The position numbers and the translations under genes were made by a program. A DNA stretch of 64,000 nt from Eledone cirrhosa. Its lineage: Eukaryota. How positions within the stretch are numbered: position 1 is the stretch's first letter; each line of letters opens with the position of its first letter. Below, piece by piece: positions 56,401 through 64,000 of the stretch. A model generated the notes under the pieces. That model was not told the origin of the DNA. It saw only the letters and a list, made by a program, of their open reading frames with translations, and made no database searches. The stretch is from the NCBI GenBank assembly GCA_964016885.1, contig OZ024743.1, forward strand, positions 354,330,001-354,394,000. Direction: 5' to 3'.

Positions 56401-59400
56401 TTGTGATCCTGGTAATGGTGATGCTGATGATTGTCCTCATACTGGTTGTTGTTGGTGGTACAAATTGAGGTTTTTGTGATCCTTGTAATGGTGATGCTGA
56501 TGATTGTCCTCATGCTGGTTGTTGTTGGTGGTAGAGATTGAGGATTTTGTGATCCTGGTAATGGTGATACTGATGATTGTCCTCATGCTGGTTGTTGTTG
56601 GTGGTAGAGATTGAGGTTTTTATGTTTCTGGTAATGGTGATGCTGATGATTGTCTTCATGCTGATTGTTGTTGGTGATAGAGATTGAGGTCTTTGTGATT
56701 CTGGTAATGGTGATGCTGATGATTGTCCTCATGCTGGTTGTTGTTGGTGGTAGAGATTGAGGTTTTTGTGATCCTGGTAATGGTGATGCTGATGATTGTC
56801 CTCATGCTGGTTGTTGTTGGTGGTAGAGATTGAGGTTTTTGTGATCCTGGTAATGGTGATGCTGATGATTGTCCTCGTGCTGGTTGTTGTGGGTGGTAGA
56901 GATTGAGGTTTTTGTGATTCTGGTAATGGTGATGCTGATGATTGTCCTCATGCAGGTTGTTGTGGGTGGTAGAGATTGAGGTTTTTGTGATTCTGGTAAT
57001 GGTGATGCTGATGATTGTCTTCATGCTGGTTGTTGTTGGTGATAGAGATTGAGATCTTTGTGATTCTGGTAATGGTGATGCTGACGATTGTCCTCATGCT
57101 GGTTGTTGTTGGTGGTAGGGATTGAGGTTTTTGTGATTCTGGTAATGGTGATGCTGATGATTGTCCTCATGCTGGTTGTTGATGGTGATAGAGATTGAGG
57201 TTTTTGTGATTCTGGTAATGGTGATGTTGATGATTGTCCTCATGCTGGTTGTTGTTAGTGGTAGGGATTGAGGTCTTTGTGATTCTGGTAATGGTGATGC
57301 TGATGATTGTCTTCATGCTGGTTGTTGTTGGTGATAGAGATTGAGGTTTTTGTGATTCTGGTAATGGTGATGCTGATGATTGTCCTCATGCTGGTTGTTG
57401 TTGGTGGTAGAGATTGAGTTTTTTGTGATTCGTGTAATGGTGATGCTGATGATTGTCCTCATGCTGGTTGTTGTTGGTGATAGAGATTGAGGTTTTTGTG
57501 ATTCTGGTAATGGTGATGCTGATGATTGTCCTCATGCTGGTTGTTGTTGGTGGTAGAGATTGAGGTTTTTGTGATTATGGTAATGGTGATGCTGATGATT
57601 GTCTTCATGCTGGTTGTCATTGGTGGTAGAGATTGAGGTTTTTGGGATTCTGGTAATTGTGATGCTGATGATTGTCCTCATGCTGGTTGTTGATGGTGAT
57701 AGAGATTGAGGTTTTTGTGATTCTGGTAATGGTGATGCTGATGATTGTCCTCATGCTGGTTGTTGTTGGTGGTAGAGATTGAGGTTTTTGTGATACTGGT
57801 AATGGTGATGCTGATGATTGTCCTCATGCTGGTTGTTGTTGGTGGTAGAGATTGAGGTTTTTATGTTTCTGGTAATGGTGATGCTGATGATTGTCCTCAT
57901 GCTGGTTGTTGTTGGTGGTAGAGATTGAGGTTTTTGTGATTCTGGTAATGGTGATGCTGATGATTGTCCTCATGCTGGTTGTTGATGGTGATAGTGATTG
58001 AGGTCTTTGTGATTCTGGTAATGGTGATGCTGATGATTGTCCTCATGCTGGTTGTTGTTGGTGGTAGGGATTGAGGTTTTTGTGATTCTGGTAATGGTGA
58101 TGCTGATGATTGTCTTCATGCTGGTTGTTGTTGGTGATAGAGATTGAGGTCTTTGTGATTCTGGTAATGGTGATGCTGATGATTGTCCTCATGCTGGTTG
58201 TTGTTGGTGGTAGAGATTGAGGTTTTTGTGATTCTGGTAATGGTGATGCTGATGATTGTCCTCATGCTGGTTGTTGTTGGTGGTAGAGATTGATGTTTTT
58301 GTGATTCTGGTAATGGTGATGCTGATGATTGTCTTCATGCTGGTTGTCATTGGTGGTAGAGATTGAGTTTTTTGTGATTCGTGTAATGGTGATGCTGATG
58401 ATTGTCCTCATGCTGGTTGTTGTTGGTGATAGAGATTGAGGTTTTTGTGATTATGGTAAAGGTGATGCTGATGATTGTCTTCATGCTGGTTGTCATTGGT
58501 GGTAGAGATTGAGTTTTTTGTGATTCTTGTAATGGTGATGCTGATGATTGTCCTCATGCTGGTTGTTGTTGGTGGTAGAGATTGAGGTTTTTTGGATTCT
58601 GGTAATGGTGATGCTGATGATTGTCCTCATGCTGGTTGTTGATGGTGATAGAGATTGAGGTTTTTGTGATCCTGGTAATGGTGATGCTGATGATTGTCCT
58701 CATACTGGTTGTTGTTGGTGGTACAAATTGAGGTTTTTGTGATCCTTGTAATGGTGATGCTGATGATTGTCCTCATGCTGGTTGTTGTTGGTGGTAGAGA
58801 TTGAGGTTTTTGTGATCCTGGTAATGGTGATACTGATGATTGTCCTCATGCTGGTTGTTGTTGGTGGTAGAGATTGAGGTTTTTGTGATCCTGGTAATGG
58901 TGATGCTGATGATTGTCTTCATGCTGATTGTTGTTGGTGATAGAGATTGAGGTTTTTGTAATTCTGGTAATGGTGATGCTGATGATTGTCCTCATGCTGG
59001 TTGTTGTTGGTGGTAGAGATTGAGATTTTTGTGATTCTGGTAATGGTGAATCTGATGATTGTCCTCAAGCTGGTTGTTGTTGGTGGTAGAGATTGAGGTT
59101 TTTGTGATCCTGGTAATGGTGATGCTTATGATTGTCCTCATGCTGGTTGTTGTTGGTGGTAGAGATTGAGGTTTTTGTGATCCTGGTAATGGTGATGCTG
59201 ATGATTGTCCTCTTGCTGGTTGTTGTTGGTGGTAGAGATTGAGGTTTTTGTGTTTCTGGTAATGGTGATGCTGATGATTGCCTTCATGCTGGTTGTTGTT
59301 GGTGGTAGAGATTGAGGTTTTTGTGATCCTGGTAATGGTGATGCTGATGATTGTCCTCATGCTGGTTGTTGCTGGTGGTAGAGATTGAGGTTTTTGTGAT

Positions 59401-62400
59401 TCTGGTAATGGTGATGCTGATGATTGTCCTCATGCTGGTTGTTGTTGGTGGTAGAGATTGAGGTTTTTGTGTTTCTGGTAATGGTGATGCTGATGATTGT
59501 CTTGATGCTGGTTGTTGTTGGTGATAGATATTGAGGTCTTTGTGATTCTGGTAATGGTGTTGCTGATGATTGTCCTCATGCTGGTTGTTGTTGGTGGTAG
59601 AGATTGAGGTTTTTGTGATTCTGGTAATGGTGATGCTGATGATTGCCTTCATGCTGGTTGTTGTTGGTGGTAGAGATTGAGGTCTTTGTGATTCTGGTAA
59701 TGGTGATGCTGATGATTGTCCTCATGCTGGTTGTTGTTGGTGGTAGAGATTGAGGTCTTTGTGATTCTGGTAATGGTGATGCTGATGATTGTCCTCATGC
59801 TGGTTGTTGTTGGTGGTAGAGATTGAGGTTTTGTGATCCTGGTAATGGTGATGCTGATGATTGTCTTCATGCTGGTTGTTGTTGGTGGTAGAGATTGAGG
59901 TTTTTGTGATTCTGGTAATGGTGATGCTGATGATTGTCCTCATACTGGTGTTGTTGGTGGTAGAGATTGAGGTTTTTGTGATTCTGGTAATGGTGATGCT
60001 GATGATTGTCCTCATGCTGGTTGTTGTTGGTGGTAGAGATTGAGGTTTTTTGGATTCTGGTAATGGTGATGCTGATGATTGTCCTCATGCTGGTTGTTGA
60101 TGGTGATAGAGATTGAGGTTTTTGTGATCCTGGTAATGGTGATGCTGATGATTGTCCTCATACTGGTTGTTGTTGGTGGTACAAATTGAGGTTTTTGTGA
60201 TCCTTGTAATGGTGATGCTGATGATTGTCCTCATGCTGGTTGTTGTTGGTGGTAGAGATTGAGGTTTTTGTGATCCTGGTAATGGTGATACTGATGATTG
60301 TCCTCATGCTGGTTGTTGTTGGTGGTAGAGATTGAGGTTTTTGTGATCCTGGTAATGGTGATGCTGATGATTGTCTTCATGCTGATTGTTGTTGGTGATA
60401 GAGATTGAGGTTTTTGTAATTCTGGTAATGGTGATGCTGATGATTGTCCTCATGCTGGTTGTTGTTGGTGGTAGAGATTGAGATTTTTGTGATTCTGGTA
60501 ATGGTGAATCTGATGATTGTCCTCAAGCTGGTTGTTGTTGGTGGTAGAGATTGAGGTTTTTGTGATCCTGGTAATGGTGATGCTTATGATTGTCCTCATG
60601 CTGGTTGTTGTTGGTGGTAGAGATTGAGGTTTTTGTGATCCTGGTAATGGTGATGCTGATGATTGTCCTCTTGCTGGTTGTTGTTGGTGGTAGAGATTGA
60701 GGTTTTTGTGTTTCTGGTAATGGTGATGCTGATGATTGCCTTCATGCTGGTTGTTGTTGGTGGTAGAGATTGAGGTTTTTGTGATCCTGGTAATGGTGAT
60801 GCTGATGATTGTCCTCATGCTGGTTGTTGCTGGTGGTAGAGATTGAGGTTTTTGTGATTCTGGTAATGGTGATGCTGATGATTGTCCTCATGCTGGTTGT
60901 TGTTGGTGGTAGAGATTGAGGTTTTTGTGTTTCTGGTAATGGTGATGCTGATGATTGTCTTGATGCTGGTTGTTGTTGGTGATAGATATTGAGGTCTTTG
61001 TGATTCTGGTAATGGTGTTGCTGATGATTGTCCTCATGCTGGTTGTTGTTGGTGGTAGAGATTGAGGTTTTTGTGATTCTGGTAATGGTGATGCTGATGA
61101 TTGCCTTCATGCTGGTTGTTGTTGGTGGTAGAGATTGAGGTCTTTGTGATTCTGGTAATGGTGATGCTGATGATTGTCCTCATGCTGGTTGTTGTTGGTG
61201 GTAGAGATTGAGGTCTTTGTGATTCTGGTAATGGTGATGCTGATGATTGTCCTCATGCTGGTTGTTGTTGGTGGTAGAGATTGAGGTTTTGTGATCCTGG
61301 TAATGGTGATGCTGATGATTGTCTTCATGCTGGTTGTTGTTGGTGGTAGAGATTGAGGTTTTTGTGATTCTGGTAATGGTGATGCTGATGATTGTCCTCA
61401 TACTGGTGTTGTTGGTGGTAGAGATTGAGGTTTTTGTGATTCTGGTAATGGTGATGCTGATGATTGTCCTCATGCTGGTTGTTGATGGTGATAGAGATTG
61501 AGGTTTTTGTGATTCTGGTAATGGTGATGTTGATGATTGTCCTCATGCTGGTTGTTGTTAGTGGTAGGGATTGAGGTCTTTGTGATTCTGGTAATGGTGA
61601 TGCTGATGATTGTCTTCATGCTGGTTGTTGTTGGTGATAGAGATTGAGGTTTTTGTGATTCTGGTAATGGTGATGCTGATGATTGTCCTCATGCTGGTTG
61701 TTGTTGGTGGTAGAGATTGATGTTTTTGTGATTCTGGAAATGGTGATGCTGATGATTGTCTTCATGCTGGTTGTCATTGGTGGTAGAGATTGAGTTTTTT
61801 GTGATTCGTGTAATGGTGATGCTGATGATTGTCCTCATGCTGGTTGTTGTTGGTGATAGAGATTGAGGTTTTTGTGATTCTGGTAATGGTGATGCTGATG
61901 ATTGTCCTCATGCTGGTTGTTGTTGGTGGTAGAGATTGAGGTTTTTGTGATTATGGTAATGGTGATGCTGATGATTGTCTTCATGCTGGTTGTCATTGGA
62001 GGTAGAGATTGAGGTTTTTGGGATTCTGGTAATGGTGATGCTGATGATTGTCCTCATGCTGGTTGTTGATGGTGATAGAGATTGAGGTTTTTGTGATTCT
62101 GGTAATGGTGATGCTGATGATTGTCCTCATGCTGGTTGTTGTTGGTGGTAGAGATTGAGGTTTTTGTGATCCTGGTAATGGTGATGCTGATGATTGTCCT
62201 CATGCTGGTTGTTGTTGGTGGTAGAGATTGAGGTTTTTATGTTTCTGGTAATGGTGATGCTGATGATTGTCCTCATGCTGGTTGTTGTTGGTGGTGGAGA
62301 TTGAGGTTGTTGTGATTCTGGTAATGGTGATGCTGATGATTGTCCTCATGCTGGTTGTTGATGGTGATAGTGATTGAGGTCTTTGTGATTCTGGTAATGG

Positions 62401-64000
62401 TGATGCTGATGATTGTCTTCATGCTGGTTGTCATTGGTGGTAGAGATTGAGTTTTTTGTGATTCGTGTAATGGTGATGCTGATGATTGTCCTCATGCTGG
62501 TTGTTGTTGGTGATAGAGATTGAGGTTTTTGTGATTCTGGTAATTGTGATGCTGATGATTGTCCTCATGCTGGTTGTTGTTGGTGGTAGAGATTGAGGTT
62601 TTTGTGATTATGGTAAAGGTGATGCTGATGATTGTCTTCATGCTGGTTGTCATTGGTGGTAGAGATTGAGTTTTTTGTGATTCTTGTAATGGTGATGCTG
62701 ATGATTGTCCTCATGCTGGTTGTTGTTGGTGGTAGAGATTGAGGTTTTTTGGATTCTGGTAATGGTGATGCTGATGATTGTCCTCATGCTGGTTGTTGAT
62801 GGTGATAGAGATTGAGGTTTTTGTGATCCTGGTAATGGTGATGCTGATGATTGTCCTCATACTGGTTGTTGTTGGTGGTACAAATTGAGGTTTTTGTGAT
62901 CCTTGTAATGGTGATGCTGATGATTGTCCTCATGCTGGTTGTTGTTGGTGGTAGAGATTGAGGATTTTGTGATCCTGGTAATGGTGATACTGATGATTGT
63001 CCTCATGCTGGTTGTTGTTGGTGGTAGAGATTGAGGTTTTTATGTTTCTGGTAATGGTGATGCTGATGATTGTCTTCATGCTGATTGTTGTTGGTGATAG
63101 AGATTGAGGTCTTTGTGATTCTGGTAATGGTGATGCTGATGATTGTCCTCATGCTGGTTGTTGTTGGTGGTAGAGATTGAGGTTTTTGTGATCCTGGTAA
63201 TGGTGATGCTGATGATTGTCCTCATGCTGGTTGTTGTTGGTGGTAGAGATTGAGGTTTTTGTGATCCTGGTAATGGTGATGCTGATGATTGTCCTCGTGC
63301 TGGTTGTTGTGGGTGGTAGAGATTGAGGTTTTTGTGATTCTGGTAATGGTGATGCTGATGATTGTCCTCATGCAGGTTGTTGTGGGTGGTAGAGATTGAG
63401 GTTTTTGTGATTCTGGTAATGGTGATGCTGATGATTGTCTTCATGCTGGTTGTTGTTGGTGATAGAGATTGAGATCTTTGTGATTCTGGTAATGGTGATG
63501 CTGACGATTGTCCTCATGCTGGTTGTTGTTGGTGGTAGGGATTGAGGTTTTTGTGATTCTGGTAATGGTGATGCTGATGATTGTCCTCATGCTGGTTGTT
63601 GATGGTGATAGAGATTGAGGTTTTTGTGATTCTGGTAATGGTGATGTTGATGATTGTCCTCATGCTGGTTGTTGTTAGTGGTAGGGATTGAGGTCTTTGT
63701 GATTCTGGTAATGGTGATGCTGATGATTGTCTTCATGCTGGTTGTTGTTGGTGATAGAGATTGAGGTTTTTGTGATTCTGGTAATGGTGATGCTGATGAT
63801 TGTCCTCATGCTGGTTGTTGTTGGTGGTAGAGATTGATGTTTTTGTGATTCTGGAAATGGTGATGCTGATGATTGTCTTCATGCTGGTTGTCATTGGTGG
63901 TAGAGATTGAGTTTTTTGTGATTCGTGTAATGGTGATGCTGATGATTGTCCTCATGCTGGTTGTTGTTGGTGGTAGAGATTGAGGTTTTTGTGATTCTGG
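50477..64000. repeat. 73-bp satellite (gagattgaggtttttgtgattctggtaatggtgatgctgatgattgtcctcatgctggttgttgttggtggta), about 185 copies, running off the right edge
   Basis: Directly visible. Unit length counted as 73; higher-order duplications are present. Confidence 0.98.

Noticed and set aside
50346-63444. His/Gln/Thr-rich ORFs in the 73-bp array
   Set aside because: The unit is not a multiple of three and stops recur regularly; spurious.
50477-64000. CTGATGA in nearly every 73-bp unit, suggesting a hammerhead satellite like newt Sat2
   Set aside because: No GAAA core or stems II/III in the consensus unit; the motif comes from the (GAT/GCT) triplet composition.

Overview
Repeat-dominated, AT-rich animal DNA, probably a coleoid cephalopod such as Octopus (inferred from the SINE families and microsatellite density). 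I can support no ordinary host gene. Bases 1-19.8 kb hold stacked retroelements: the intact 5' part of an RTE/RTEX LINE ORF, a decayed full-length RTE-BovB LINE ending in three C2H2 fingers, an old RTEX relic, a 5'-truncated Tx1-type LINE inside (TATC)n, tRNA-derived SINEs, and a 482-nt hammerhead-bearing, terminally redundant element with an inverted 5' copy. Bases 19.8-39.4 kb hold a degenerate triplet repeat that grades into a 17.5-kb 30-bp satellite. That satellite reads (KNTTTTTTTT)n in one frame but has four frameshifts. Bases 39.4-50.5 kb hold microsatellites, a mariner relic hit by two SINEs, a MITE, a Penelope GIY-YIG relic, an inverted SINE pair, and a 1.1-kb inverted repeat with a near-canonical minimal hammerhead. 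Bases 50.5-64 kb are a 73-bp satellite with higher-order duplications. The most notable signal is a set of unrelated type I hammerhead motifs, each close to a (TA)n tract and often in fold-back structures. This suggests a Penelope-driven, retrozyme-like system.
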